A stretch of DNA of 64,000 bases from NCBI GenBank assembly GCA_963772725.1, contig CAVYYI010000001.1, positions 416,001 to 480,000 of the forward strand. The letters are read 5' to 3'. The DNA is from an uncultured Phycisphaerales bacterium. GTDB lineage: Bacteria; Planctomycetota; Phycisphaerae; Sedimentisphaerales; Anaerobacaceae. Of this stretch, positions 14,036 through 24,849 are shown in pieces. The notes beneath the pieces were generated by a model that saw only the letters and a program-made list of their open reading frames with translations, did no database searches and was not told where the DNA came from. A program made the position numbers and the translations under genes. Every line of letters begins with the position of its first letter. The stretch's first letter is position 1.

Positions 14036-14130
14036 AAAATGAAGCTGAAAATCTTGATTTTTTAAGATAGGTTTGGTATTCTATTGGAAATGAGGCTCAG
14101 TGGTGTAGCTGAGCAAGAATATGCAATGTT

Positions 14131-15468
14131 TATAATACTCCCCAAAAATCGGACCAGTATATAAGGTGTAAGTTGTGGTATAATTCTATCGGATTATGGA
14201 TTGAGAAAGGAAGTACGAATTATGACACAACACAGACACTTTGGCAAAGATTTCAAGGCAAAAGTTGCAATTGAAGCCATCAAGGGTGAGAAGACCCTCA
14301 ACGAGATAGCCTCTATGTATGAGGTTCATCCCAACCAGGTCAGCCAGTGGAAGAAGCTGGCTCTTGAGAAGCTGCCCGAGGCAATGGCAGACGGCAGAGG
14401 TAAGGATGTCCGTCAGAGCCAGCCAGTAGATGAGGAAAAGCTTCATCAGAAGATAGGTCAGCAGGCTATCGAGATTGACTTTTTGAAAAAAAAGTTGCGT
14501 CAATTGGGACTGCTCAACGAGTAGAAATGGTAGAACAGAACAATAGACAAATCAGTATCCGCCGGCAGTGCTGTCTGCTTGATATCAATCGCAGCAGGCT
14601 GTATTATCATGCAGGGTCTATTGATCAGGAAAATCGTAAAGTAATGGACTTTATTGACAGGGAGTTTACCGAGCATCCTTTTACAGGTATCGACAGGATG
14701 GCAGAGTTTTTATACAGGAAGCACAAGCTTATTGTCAATCACAAGCGGGTTCGCAGGCTTATGCGTAAAATGGGTTTAATGGCCTTATATCCCAGACCCC
14801 GCACAAGCTGTCCTGCTGCTGTTTATATCAAATATCCCTGCCTTTTGAATACGATAGCAATAAATGCTCACGATGCGGTCTGGTGTTCGGATATTACGTA
14901 CATTCGGATCAAAGGCGGCTTTATGTACCTTGTGGCGATAATGGATTACTACAGCAGATATGTATTAAGCTGGTCTGTATCGAACAGTCTGGAGTCTCTG
15001 TTTTGTATAGATGCACTGGATGAAGCATTGTCGAAATCCAGGCCGCTGATATTTCATTCGGATCAGGGCAAACAATACACCAGCACAAAGTTTTTGGATA
15101 CGTTGAAGGCTGGCGATATTCGAATAAGTATGAGCGGTAAGGGTCGTTGTTTCGATAACATACTGACGGAGCGATTATGGCGGACGGTCAAATATGAGGA
15201 GGTCTATTTGAAGGAATACAGCGATGGGCATGATTTGATAAAATCGCTGAGGCGGTATTTTGATTATTACAACAATGACAGGCCGCACAAAAGCTTGGAT
15301 TATAAGACACCTGCGGAAGTATATTTTAAGGAGCTGCCAGCCGATTCGCTTCGCTGCGCTTGCTTTGGAGCTGCGCTACGCGAATCGGCTGGCACAGAGA
15401 AAATCGGCACAACTTACACCAAATACAAGGACAAAATTGGTCTTGACAATGGGTAGGGGTTCAGTTTA
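14131..15468 (+). mobile_element. IS3-family insertion sequence
   Basis: orfA/orfB pair; imperfect IRs TATAATACTCCCCAAAAATCGGACCA and TGGTCTTGACAATGGG(TAG)GGGTTCAGTTTA; no matching target duplication seen. Confidence 0.85.
14222..15456 (+). CDS. IS3 transposase OrfAB via -1 programmed frameshift
   Basis: OrfA KAKVAIEAIKGEKT HTH; A8G run at 14486-14494 gives an A_AAA_AAG slippery site whose -1 frame reads VASIGTAQRVE into OrfB (WCSDITY, HSDQG, ERLWRTVKYE). Confidence 0.9.
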
Positions 15469-16591
15469 TACTACTCTTGATTGAAAAATTCCGTATTTTT
15501 CAATCAAAAAGCACCTTCTGTCCGATAAACAGCGTATATGAAGGATTATAAGTTGTCAAAAGAAAAAATAGCTGAACTGGAGGCATTGCATCGTTCGTTG
15601 CGTGATAAGCGTCAGGCCGACCGGGTCAAAGCGGTCATTGCTTTAGCAAAGGGATGGTCGGCGGCTCAGGTGGCCGAGATACTTCTTTTCGATGAGAAGA
15701 CATCACGGGGCTATTTCGAGCGGTATCGGCAAGACGGTTTCCAGGCATTGCTGGATGACAACTATCCCGGCGCAGAACCGAAACTCGATGAACATCAAAT
15801 GAGCGAACTTGAGGCATATCTCGAAGATCATATTTTCCCCGATGCCAAATCGGTTATCGCTCACATTGACAAGCAGTATGTGGTCCATTACTCCGTCAGC
15901 GGAGTCACCGATTTGCTGCATCGTCTTGGATTTTCCTACAAGAAGCCGACACATGTTCCCGGTAAACAAGACCCCATCAAGCAACAGGCATTTCTCGAGG
16001 AATATGAACAGATCAAGGCAAGCAAAAGTCAAAACGACCCAATTTATTTCGCCGATGCCACCCACCCGCAGCACAACAGCATTCCTTCTTACGGCTGGAT
16101 TAAGACGGGAAAGGAAAAAGAACTCAAAGCCAACTGTGGCCGCCAGCGATTGAATATCAATGGTGCGATTAACATCGAAACACTGGAGCCAACGACAGGG
16201 TTTTATGACACGATCAATGCGAATTCGACCATTGATTTGTTCTCTAAGATCGAAGCAAAACATCCGGAGGCCAAAAGGATTTACATCATTGTTGACAATG
16301 CTCGATATTATCGTTCACGTTTGTTAAAAGAGTATACCGAGGGCACGAAAATCAAATTGATCTTTTTGCCGTCATACTCGCCGAATCTGAATCTGATTGA
16401 ACGGTACTGGAAGTTTTTTAAGAAAAAAGTGCTGAACAATCGCTACTATGAAACGTTTGGTGAATTCAAGCGAGCATGTGAGAGCTTTTTCCGGAAGAGA
16501 AAGAAATATTTGCCGGAACTGAGAGCATTACTGACAGAAAACTTTCACATTCAAGCTGCATAAAAACAGGAAAATTCAATCGTAAGCAGTA
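15469..16591 (+). mobile_element. IS630-family insertion sequence with TA duplication
   Basis: Ends TACTACTCTTGATTGAA and TTCAATCGTAAGCAGTA, each flanked by TA (15467-68, 16592-93). Confidence 0.9.
15538..16563 (+). CDS. IS630-family transposase
   Basis: LGFSYKKP, FADATHP, IVDNARYY, LPSYSPNLNLIERYW. Confidence 0.95.
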   Translation: MKDYKLSKEKIAELEALHRSLRDKRQADRVKAVIALAKGWSAAQVAEILLFDEKTSRGYFERYRQDGFQALLDDNYPGAEPKLDEHQMSELEAYLEDHIFPDAKSVIAHIDKQYVVHYSVSGVTDLLHRLGFSYKKPTHVPGKQDPIKQQAFLEEYEQIKASKSQNDPIYFADATHPQHNSIPSYGWIKTGKEKELKANCGRQRLNINGAINIETLEPTTGFYDTINANSTIDLFSKIEAKHPEAKRIYIIVDNARYYRSRLLKEYTEGTKIKLIFLPSYSPNLNLIERYWKFFKKKVLNNRYYETFGEFKRACESFFRKRKKYLPELRALLTENFHIQAA

Positions 16592-16629
16592 TATATGGGA
16601 AATCCCAGATTAAGAAAGAGGCGAAATAA

Positions 16630-17682
16630 ATGAAGAATCAATTAATAAACCGCCGGAAGTTTTTGAAAAAATCCGCCCTTGCGACAGCATCCCTAACAAG
16701 GCTTTCGGTGGGTACTATGATAGGGACCTCTGCTTTGAGCATGGGGCAGGAGTTGACTGCGGCCAAACGACCCGAAGGACAAAAGAGAAAAGCGGAAATG
16801 AACGGCATGCCATACGGAACCATAGGCGACCACAAGATCAGCCGACTGATTTTGGGTTCCAACACACCCGGGGCTCATTCAAGAGACCTGATATACGTTT
16901 CATCGCTTGGAAAGGCCTACAATACTAAAGCTCGCATGCTTGATACATACGAACTAGCCGAGTCGCAAGACATCAATACTGTGCTGCAGGGTAATGCCAA
17001 TTTGATCAGAGAATACAACATTGAACGAGGCGGGAATTTACGAACCATCCAGCCTGTGGGTGTGACGAAAGACTATGACAAAGAAAAGATCAAGAATGTG
17101 CTCACCGGGGCTATGAAGAATGACATCGCATCAATGTTCTATATATGGGGTGATAGGGGCGACTATCTTGCCCGTGCCAAGAGGATGGATATTGTGGGCA
17201 CGGCTATGGATGTGGCCAAAGAACTTGGCATAACTCTGGGACTTGGCGGTCATTCTCTCCAGGTAGTGATAGAGTGCGAGAAGATAGGGGTTAAGCCTGA
17301 TTTCTACGTAAAGACGTTCCATCATGACAACTACTGGTCAGCAACCCCGAAAGAGAACCGCGAGGATTTCTGCTGGTATGACAAGAATGGCGGCAGTTCC
17401 TATAGCGGCAAGACGGGCGACCACGATCGCTTCCATGACAATATCTGGTGTCTTGACGCAGAGAAAACTATTGAGGTAATGAATAGGGTCGAAGTGCCGT
17501 GGATCGCTTTCAAAGTGCTTGCGGCAGGGGCGATCAGCCCTACCAGTGGATTCGAGTTTGCGTTCCACAACGGAGCGGATTTCGTAGCTGTTGGAATGCC
17601 TGATTTTTACATCGAACAAAACGTCCAGGTTATCAAGAGTCTGTTTGCCAGAGAAATAAAGAGAAAACGCTCTTGGGCGTAA
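16630..17682 (+). CDS. Tat-exported hypothetical protein, aldo/keto-reductase-like barrel
   Basis: NRRKFLK signal; MPYGTIG..ISRLILGSN and PWIAFKVLAAGAI segments. Confidence 0.6.
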   Translation: MKNQLINRRKFLKKSALATASLTRLSVGTMIGTSALSMGQELTAAKRPEGQKRKAEMNGMPYGTIGDHKISRLILGSNTPGAHSRDLIYVSSLGKAYNTKARMLDTYELAESQDINTVLQGNANLIREYNIERGGNLRTIQPVGVTKDYDKEKIKNVLTGAMKNDIASMFYIWGDRGDYLARAKRMDIVGTAMDVAKELGITLGLGGHSLQVVIECEKIGVKPDFYVKTFHHDNYWSATPKENREDFCWYDKNGGSSYSGKTGDHDRFHDNIWCLDAEKTIEVMNRVEVPWIAFKVLAAGAISPTSGFEFAFHNGADFVAVGMPDFYIEQNVQVIKSLFAREIKRKRSWA

Positions 17683-17709
17683 TTAAGAAAACCGATAAAT
17701 ATAGTAAGT

Positions 17710-19346
17710 GAGCCTGTTGCATAAATAATTGTTCTTTTAACAAGTGAATAATTCCAGCTTTTCGGTTATAATCTGGGCAATGGATTGTTGAACATTAAAG
17801 GATTATGATATGGCTTACAATTTCCTGCCTTGCGACCGAAATCAAACTTATCTGCTGCCGCCGTCATTGACTGACTGGCTGCCGGAAGATCATCTGGCGT
17901 GGTTTGTTCTCGATGCTGTCGAACAGATTGACCTATCGCAGTTCTACAAAAAATATCGCAGTGATGGCGTAGGCAACTCGGCTTTTAACCCGTCTATGAT
18001 GGTTGGTCTGCTGATCTATTCCTATTGCACCGGCGAGCGTTCCAGCAGACGAATTGAAAAGCATTGCCAGACTGATGTTGCATATAAAGTTATCACAGCA
18101 AACCAGTCGCCCGACCACAGTGCGATCAGTCGTTTCCGTAAGAATAATGAGTCTTACCTGAAAGGATTGTTTCTTGAAATCCTTCGGCTTTGTTCTGAGG
18201 CAGGGTTGGTCAAACTCGGCAATGTCTCACTGGATGGCACAAAAATCAAAGCCAATGCTTCACTGGCGGCCAATCGTAAACTAAAGCACCTTGAGCAGGA
18301 AATAGATAAGATGCTTTCTGAGGCGAAAGCGAAAGATGCTGAAGAAGACAAAGCTTTCGGTTGCGATAAACGCGGCGATGAAATGCCAGAGGATTTGCGG
18401 GACCGCAATAGTCGTATAAACCGCCTAAAAGCCTGTAAGGAGCGTTTAGAGCAGCAAAAGGCAGAAGCCCAAAAAGCTCAACAGAACAAAATAGACAAGC
18501 GTAAAGCCAAAGAAGAAAGCACCGGCAAAAAACCTCTTGGCCGTAAACCTAAATCGCCTGAAGATGCGGAAAACAAAGATGCCAAAGCTAATGTTACTGA
18601 CCCTGATAGCCGGATTATGAAAACAAGAAAGGGCTTTGTTCAGGGTCTTAATGCACAGGCAGTGACAACAGAACAGCAGATAATAATTGCCGAAGATGTT
18701 ACACAAGAAGAAAACGATAAACAGCAATTGCACCCGATGCTTGAGCAGACTGAATCGAACCGTCAGGCAGTTGGAATTAAAGAAGAAACAGGCGTAGCAT
18801 TGGCCGATGCCGGGTATTGCAGTGAAGAGAATTTCACGAAGCGACCTGCCGGAGATGTTGAATTATTGGTAGCGGTACAGAAAGATTACAAACAGCGAAA
18901 AGCTATGCAGGAATTACCGCCGCCGGAAGAACCTATACCGGATGGCTTGTCGCCAACGGAATCGATGGAGCGAAAACTTTTGACCGAGCGTGGCCGTAAG
19001 TTGTATAAGTTGCGAGGCCAGACGGTTGAGCCGGTATTTGGGCAGATTAAAGATGCTCGTGGAATTGACAAATTTATGCGACGAGGATTTGAAGCATGTC
19101 GCAGCGAGTGGTCGCTGATATGCGCTACGCATAATCTTTTGAAGCTGTGGCGGAGCTCAAAAGCCCGCTGGAATTGATACAGAAGCTGATTTGGACAGTT
19201 TTACGTAAAATTTGCTTGATTTTAAGGCAAGAACAAGATACCATATAAAAAGTTAAGAAAAAGGTGTTTGGGAAACAGAGAATTGAGCCGTCTGTCCCAG
19301 GCAGATATCGAGCGGTTGGAATCGAAAATTATTGTGCAACAGGCTC
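17710..19346 (+). mobile_element. Complete IS1182-family element with 4-bp target duplication AAGT
   Basis: IRs GAGCCTGTTGCATAAATAATT and AATTATTGTGCAACAGGCTC; AAGT at 17706-09 and 19347-50. Confidence 0.92.
17810..19177 (+). CDS. IS1182-family transposase
   Basis: LLPPSL.DWLPEDH, SSRRIE, LDGTKIKANAS, TDPDSRIMK, ADAGY, VEPVFGQIK. Confidence 0.95.
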   Translation: MAYNFLPCDRNQTYLLPPSLTDWLPEDHLAWFVLDAVEQIDLSQFYKKYRSDGVGNSAFNPSMMVGLLIYSYCTGERSSRRIEKHCQTDVAYKVITANQSPDHSAISRFRKNNESYLKGLFLEILRLCSEAGLVKLGNVSLDGTKIKANASLAANRKLKHLEQEIDKMLSEAKAKDAEEDKAFGCDKRGDEMPEDLRDRNSRINRLKACKERLEQQKAEAQKAQQNKIDKRKAKEESTGKKPLGRKPKSPEDAENKDAKANVTDPDSRIMKTRKGFVQGLNAQAVTTEQQIIIAEDVTQEENDKQQLHPMLEQTESNRQAVGIKEETGVALADAGYCSEENFTKRPAGDVELLVAVQKDYKQRKAMQELPPPEEPIPDGLSPTESMERKLLTERGRKLYKLRGQTVEPVFGQIKDARGIDKFMRRGFEACRSEWSLICATHNLLKLWRSSKARWN

Positions 19347-19378
19347 AAGTATAAATTTATGGAGTTGGCTAAATCAGA

Positions 19379-20728
19379 ATGAGCAGCTTAAAAAGTAAAA
19401 CAGAAATAAACAGACGTGATTTTTTGCGTACCACCGCTGCGGCTGGAGCGGGATTAATATTCGCACCAATGGTCTCAGCCGAAACCGAAAATACCAAAAA
19501 ATCTGATGAGATAAACGTCGCATTGCTCGGCGCCGGCGCACAGGGACAGGTTCTTATGGCAGCGGCTATTATGATTCCAAGCGTTCGTTTTAAGGCAGTC
19601 TGCGATATCTGGGAATCTTATAACTTAAAGAAGGTTTCGGGTCAGTTAAAAAGGTATGGCCACGAAAATAATGCCTATGTTGATTACCATGATATGCTCG
19701 CCAAGGAGAAGAATCTCAACGCTGTTATAATTGCAACGCCTGATTTCTGGCATGCTGAGCATACGGAGGCCTGTCTAAAGGCTGGCTTGCATGTTTACTG
19801 CGAAAAGGAAATGTCAAATACTCTCGAAGGTGCACGTCGGATGGTTCAGGCCGCCAGAGAAACGGGAAAACTGCTTCAGATAGGTCACCAGCGGCGAAGC
19901 AATCCCCGCTATATTCATTGCTGCGAAAAACTCATTAAACAAGCAGCTATTCTCGGCAGAATTACCACTATAAACGGGCAATGGAACAGGGCAGTTCAGC
20001 CGGACATGGGCTTCGTACCAAAATACGCTATTGACGAGGCAATCCTGAATAAATATGGCTTCAAATCCATGCAGCATTTTAGAAATTGGCGGTGGTATAA
20101 GGGTATGGGCGGCGGACCAATCGTTGACCTTGGTTCACATCAGATAGATATCTATAACTGGTTTCTTGGAACCAAGCCGATATCTGTTATGGCCAGCGGC
20201 GGCACTGATTACTATGACAAGAAAACACATGAATGGTATGATAATGTTATGGCCATTTATGAATACCAGACAAAAAACGGTGTTGTAAGAGCTTTCTATC
20301 AGACGCTTACCACCAACAGCAATAACGGCTACTTCGAGACATTTATGGGCGACCAGGGAACCTTGTGTATTTCAGAATCCGCAGGCAGAGGAGCTGTTTA
20401 CCGTGAAGTTACTGCTCCTGAATGGGATAAATGGGTTAAAGCGGGTTTTTTGCTTGCGCCGGCAAAGCAGGAAGAAAAACCGAAAACCGATGCCGTCATG
20501 GATGTTCGTGAAACCGCGGCTCCGTCCGCTTATGAACTGGCCGTAAAAATGGACAAGAAATATCACCACCCTCATCTGGAAAATTTCTTTAACGCCGTTA
20601 GAGGCAAAGAAAAGCTCAATTGCCCGGCCGAGGAAGCATACGAGTCGGCTGTTACCGTATTAAAAGTCAACGATGCGATAGAAGCCGCCAGGAAATTAAA
20701 CTTTAATGCTGACGAGTTCAAGGTTTGA
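19379..20728 (+). CDS. Tat-exported Gfo/Idh/MocA oxidoreductase
   Basis: NRRDFL, GAGAQG, ATPDFWH, VYCEKEM, NWRWY..GGG...DLGSHQID. Confidence 0.92.
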   Translation: MSSLKSKTEINRRDFLRTTAAAGAGLIFAPMVSAETENTKKSDEINVALLGAGAQGQVLMAAAIMIPSVRFKAVCDIWESYNLKKVSGQLKRYGHENNAYVDYHDMLAKEKNLNAVIIATPDFWHAEHTEACLKAGLHVYCEKEMSNTLEGARRMVQAARETGKLLQIGHQRRSNPRYIHCCEKLIKQAAILGRITTINGQWNRAVQPDMGFVPKYAIDEAILNKYGFKSMQHFRNWRWYKGMGGGPIVDLGSHQIDIYNWFLGTKPISVMASGGTDYYDKKTHEWYDNVMAIYEYQTKNGVVRAFYQTLTTNSNNGYFETFMGDQGTLCISESAGRGAVYREVTAPEWDKWVKAGFLLAPAKQEEKPKTDAVMDVRETAAPSAYELAVKMDKKYHHPHLENFFNAVRGKEKLNCPAEEAYESAVTVLKVNDAIEAARKLNFNADEFKV

Positions 20729-20767
20729 TGTGCCTTGCTCATTTTAAATATTTAGATATAAAGGATT

Positions 20768-22663
20768 ATGTCTATTTTGAGAAAACTTTCAATATATATA
20801 ATTCTCGGGCTGATTAGTGTGTCTGTTGCTATTGCGCAGAACGACGCCAATTTGCTCGGTGATGTAAGCGACGGAAGTCTGGCGGTTCCCGGTCATCTGA
20901 TACCGTTGCTGATGCCGTTGCCAGATGAACAAGTCGAAAAAATTACACCTGACAGCAGTCCTGTCCTGCCGTTTTCGACAGCAAAAACCTGCGGTACCTG
21001 CCACAGTTACAATAAGATAAATAAAGGCTGGCATTTCAACGCCGTTGACCCCAATGTTCCACAAGGCAGAAATGGGCAACCCTGGATTTACGTTGACGCT
21101 TCGACAGGAACACAGATTCCGCTTTCTTACCGCAACTGGCAAGGAACTTATAAACCGGAACAAATTGGCCTGACTCCCTTACAGTTCACAAAGCTTTTTG
21201 GCAGACAAATGCCAGGCGGAGGTCCCGGCGAACTTCCGGCCGCCAATACTATGGAAATGATTAGAGAGAATGTTTCAGGCAAACTTGAGATAAACTGCCT
21301 GAGTTGTCATAACGCTTTGCCTGCACACGACCAGGCTGAATATGCCATACAGATTGCTCAGGAGAATTTCCGCTGGGCGGCGACTGCAACTTGCGGTTTT
21401 GCTTCGGTTACAGGCTCAGCTAAAAACATGCCAGACGCATATGATTTTATTATGCCTCCTATCCTGGATGACCCCAAGGTAAAACCGCCTACTGTTTTTT
21501 ATAATAAAAGCGCATTCGATAATACAAATAAGGTTAACTTTGATGTTGGTGGTGAGATACTGAACTGGAGATGTTACTTCTGTCATTCCAATAGTTATCA
21601 GCCTGAAAATGCTGTGCCGAAATGGGCTGCCGATGAAGATGTTCATATTGCCGCTGGTATGAGCTGTGTTGATTGTCATCGTGAAGACTTGTATCATAAT
21701 ACTGTTCGCGGCTACGAAACAGAATCAGAGCTTACAAAAAATTCTTTTGCCGCGACGCTTTCCTGTAAAGGCTGTCACCTCGGCAAAGATGATCCTTTAA
21801 AACCGACAGCAGGGCGGTTGGGTGCGCCTGTTCCAAAACATCTTGGCATTCCGGTTGAACATTTCGATATTCTCTCCTGTACCGCCTGTCACTGTGGTCT
21901 TTGGCCGGAAACTCAAACCGCTCAAGTCAAAACGTCGATCGGCCACGGTATTGGGCTTTACGGCAGCGATAAATCAAAAGATGTTCTGCCGCATATTATA
22001 ACCCCTGTTTTCAGCAACAAAGATACGATTGATGAGAAAATTGCGCCCCATAACCTTATCTGGCCGGCGTTTTGGGGTGTAATGAAGGATTCGGCTGTTG
22101 CTCCGCTTGCTATTGATGTCGTTAAACCTGTTGTCGCCAAAGCCCTTACCGACAAAAAGCAGCAGTACACCGGTTCATGGCAAAACTGGACGGATACCGA
22201 TGTAAAAAGCATTCTCACAGCGTTCTTGTCTGAATCGCTCTCAGGAAAACCTGTTTATATCTGCGGCGGTAAAATTTATATGCTCGATGACAAAGGCGAG
22301 GTTTTTCCCGCCGAACATCAAGCCGCTAAAGCATATATGTGGCCTGTTGCTCACGATGTAAGACCTGTGACTCGCTCGCTCGGTGTTCGTTCGTGTCAGG
22401 ATTGTCACTCAACTAAAGCCGCTTTTTCGTTCGGGAATGTAGCAGTGGATTCGCCGCTTGCCTCGAAGCAGGATACCAGGGAGATGGTCGAATTTCAGGA
22501 GATTGACCCTCTGTTCTCTAAGCTGTTTGCGATGTCGTTTGTATTTAGGCCATGGCTTAAAGTTGTGGCTCTCGCGTCGTGCGCTGTTCTGGCGGCAGTT
22601 CTGGTTTTGTACGTCTTTAAGGCGATTATCTGTGTGCTGAATGTTATATCGAAGGAAGATTGA
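20768..22663 (+). CDS. Multiheme c-type cytochrome (7 CxxCH) with signal peptide and C-terminal membrane anchor
   Basis: CGTCH, CLSCH, CYFCH, CVDCH, CKGCH, CTACH, CQDCH. Confidence 0.88.
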   Translation: MSILRKLSIYIILGLISVSVAIAQNDANLLGDVSDGSLAVPGHLIPLLMPLPDEQVEKITPDSSPVLPFSTAKTCGTCHSYNKINKGWHFNAVDPNVPQGRNGQPWIYVDASTGTQIPLSYRNWQGTYKPEQIGLTPLQFTKLFGRQMPGGGPGELPAANTMEMIRENVSGKLEINCLSCHNALPAHDQAEYAIQIAQENFRWAATATCGFASVTGSAKNMPDAYDFIMPPILDDPKVKPPTVFYNKSAFDNTNKVNFDVGGEILNWRCYFCHSNSYQPENAVPKWAADEDVHIAAGMSCVDCHREDLYHNTVRGYETESELTKNSFAATLSCKGCHLGKDDPLKPTAGRLGAPVPKHLGIPVEHFDILSCTACHCGLWPETQTAQVKTSIGHGIGLYGSDKSKDVLPHIITPVFSNKDTIDEKIAPHNLIWPAFWGVMKDSAVAPLAIDVVKPVVAKALTDKKQQYTGSWQNWTDTDVKSILTAFLSESLSGKPVYICGGKIYMLDDKGEVFPAEHQAAKAYMWPVAHDVRPVTRSLGVRSCQDCHSTKAAFSFGNVAVDSPLASKQDTREMVEFQEIDPLFSKLFAMSFVFRPWLKVVALASCAVLAAVLVLYVFKAIICVLNVISKED

Positions 22664-22679
22664 CTTATTCTGAGGATAT

Positions 22680-23372
22680 ATGGATAACTGGTTTCGACTA
22701 ATTTCTATTACCCTGTTTCTGGCCGTGGCCGCAGGTCTGGTATTATACAGTATGGTGTCCTTTTTTCGCAGAAAGCAAAAATGTCGTTTAATAAATATAT
22801 TGAGAGGCTGCGTTTACCTCGGAATATTGCTCCTGCCTGAACAGAGATTAAGTATTTACGGTTTTGTCAGAAAATACATTTATCTTTTGACGATGTTTTG
22901 TTTTATTGTTTTGGTTGTAACGGGATTTTATCCCGCAATTGTCTCGAATGAAGCCCTTACCGGATATTGGATAATGATTCATACAACATTCGGTGGGGTT
23001 TTTTCTGTATGTCTTGCAGCTTCGTCGTTGATGTGGGCGCAGCAAAACAGCTTTACTCAAAGCGATTGTCCATGGCTTAAAAAACTCGTTTTATTTCTGT
23101 TCAGAAAAGACGTAATGAACAATGCCGTATCATCTGGGAAATCCGCCCTGTGCACCAAAATATGTTTTTGGCTTATTATTTTGCTATCACTGCCGGTAAT
23201 TTTATCCATTATCCTGAGTATGCTTCCGCTTTTCTCTACTTATAACCTGAAATTGCTTTCCTATGTACATCATTATTCGTCTCTTGCTTTGTCGGCAGTT
23301 GCAATTATTCATACTTATCTTGTAGTTCATAGCCGCTCTGAAAAAGATAATGGCGAATATAACACGGTATAG
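22680..23372 (+). CDS. Cytochrome b-like integral membrane protein
   Basis: Several TM helices with VTGF and His in or next to helices (MIHT, VHHY, IIHT); directly follows the multiheme cytochrome. Confidence 0.6.
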   Translation: MDNWFRLISITLFLAVAAGLVLYSMVSFFRRKQKCRLINILRGCVYLGILLLPEQRLSIYGFVRKYIYLLTMFCFIVLVVTGFYPAIVSNEALTGYWIMIHTTFGGVFSVCLAASSLMWAQQNSFTQSDCPWLKKLVLFLFRKDVMNNAVSSGKSALCTKICFWLIILLSLPVILSIILSMLPLFSTYNLKLLSYVHHYSSLALSAVAIIHTYLVVHSRSEKDNGEYNTV

Positions 23373-23411
23373 TAAAGTAAATTTTAATAAATTTAATTTA
23401 GGAGAAATGCT

Positions 23412-24745
23412 ATGAGTAATGGAATGTTGCCGGACTATCTCAAATCCGCAAAACCAAACCCCATGGAAAAGCGAGCCCCATGGTATAAAAACACCGCGCC
23501 TTCTTATGCGGGCATCTTTCTTTCCGTGCCGTTTATGGCCGGAATGGCTGGTGCTTTGCAGTACGGCAGCCTCTGGGCCGGAATTGTCGGCTTATTTATT
23601 GGCGCATTGTTCTGCTTCCTGCTTTATTATGTCCCCGGCATGCTTGGTTTAAGAACCGGTATGCCCCTCTACGTAGTCGGCTCTTCGACTTTCGGTACGC
23701 ACGGCGGAATCCTTATGCCTGGCTTATTGATGGGCGTTTTACAAATTGGCTGGCATTCTGTTTTTACCTTTTCAGCAGCGAAGTTCTTTATGAGCGCAAT
23801 AGGCTCTAATGCAGGTCCGAACACAACTTTGTTTTGGATAGTCTGTGCCGTTTGGGGACTCGTTCTGGCTCTTGTTGGTGCGGTTGGCATAAGTTGGCTC
23901 GCTTGGCTTTCAAGCTGGCTTCCAATATTCCCATTAGTAATCATTATCATTGCCGGATTTGCTAATGCAGACGGAATTACAAATTTTTCACCAACCAAAA
24001 TTCCGGATATTTCACTTCTCGGTTTAGGTGCTTTTGCCGCACTTCAGGTTACTGCAGGTTTTTTCGCCACCGCCGGTGCTGCCGGAGCCGATTTTGCGAC
24101 TAACAGCCGTAATCAAAAAGACGTTGTTCTCGGCGGCTTTTTCGGGGTTACTGTCGCAGCTCTGGTAGCAGGTATTTTCGCTATGATGACTATTGCCGGT
24201 GCTATTGGCAAAAACCCGGAAATTGCAAAAATGGCTGGATTTGAACCTTTTATAGCATCAATTGGTGAGGTAGGCAGCCTATCTAACATTATGTTCTGGG
24301 TATTTGTAATTGCATGCATCTGCCCGACGGGTTTCTGTGCATTTCTGGCGGCAAATTCGTTTTCAACAATGTTCCCGAAACTGCCTCGTATGGGACTGAC
24401 TCTCGCGGCAGGGGCTATCGGGGTTGTTTTGGCTGCAACCGGTGTTGCCAATAATCTTGTAGGCTTCTTCCTGATTATCGGCGCTCTTTCGGGCCTATCA
24501 TTGGAGCGATGACGGCGGATTATATTCGTAATGGTAAATGGGCAGGCCCCCGCAAAGGTATTAACTGGGCAGGCTATATCTCATGGGCGATTGGCTTTGT
24601 GGTTGGAATTCTCGGTGTAATCCCCGGCATCGGTTTTTCCTACGGTCTGGAAACGCTGATGTCATTTATTGTTGGTTTTGCAGCTTATCTGGTTTTAGCA
24701 GAATTGGGGCTTGAACCGGAAACCGTCAATTTGCAATCTGCATAA
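23412..24745 (+). CDS. NCS1/cytosine-permease-like transporter; one frameshift near 24490
   Basis: About 12 hydrophobic helices, SSTFGTHG, ADFATNSR; C-terminal MTADY...GINWAG in the next frame. Confidence 0.75.
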
Positions 24746-24849
24746 TATATATAGTTTAGCGTTCAGCTTGACAGTTGTGATTAAATAAAGTAGGATTAAC
24801 CTGCTTATGTGGAATATTCGTGTTTAATTTTTGAGGTTAAATAAAAATA

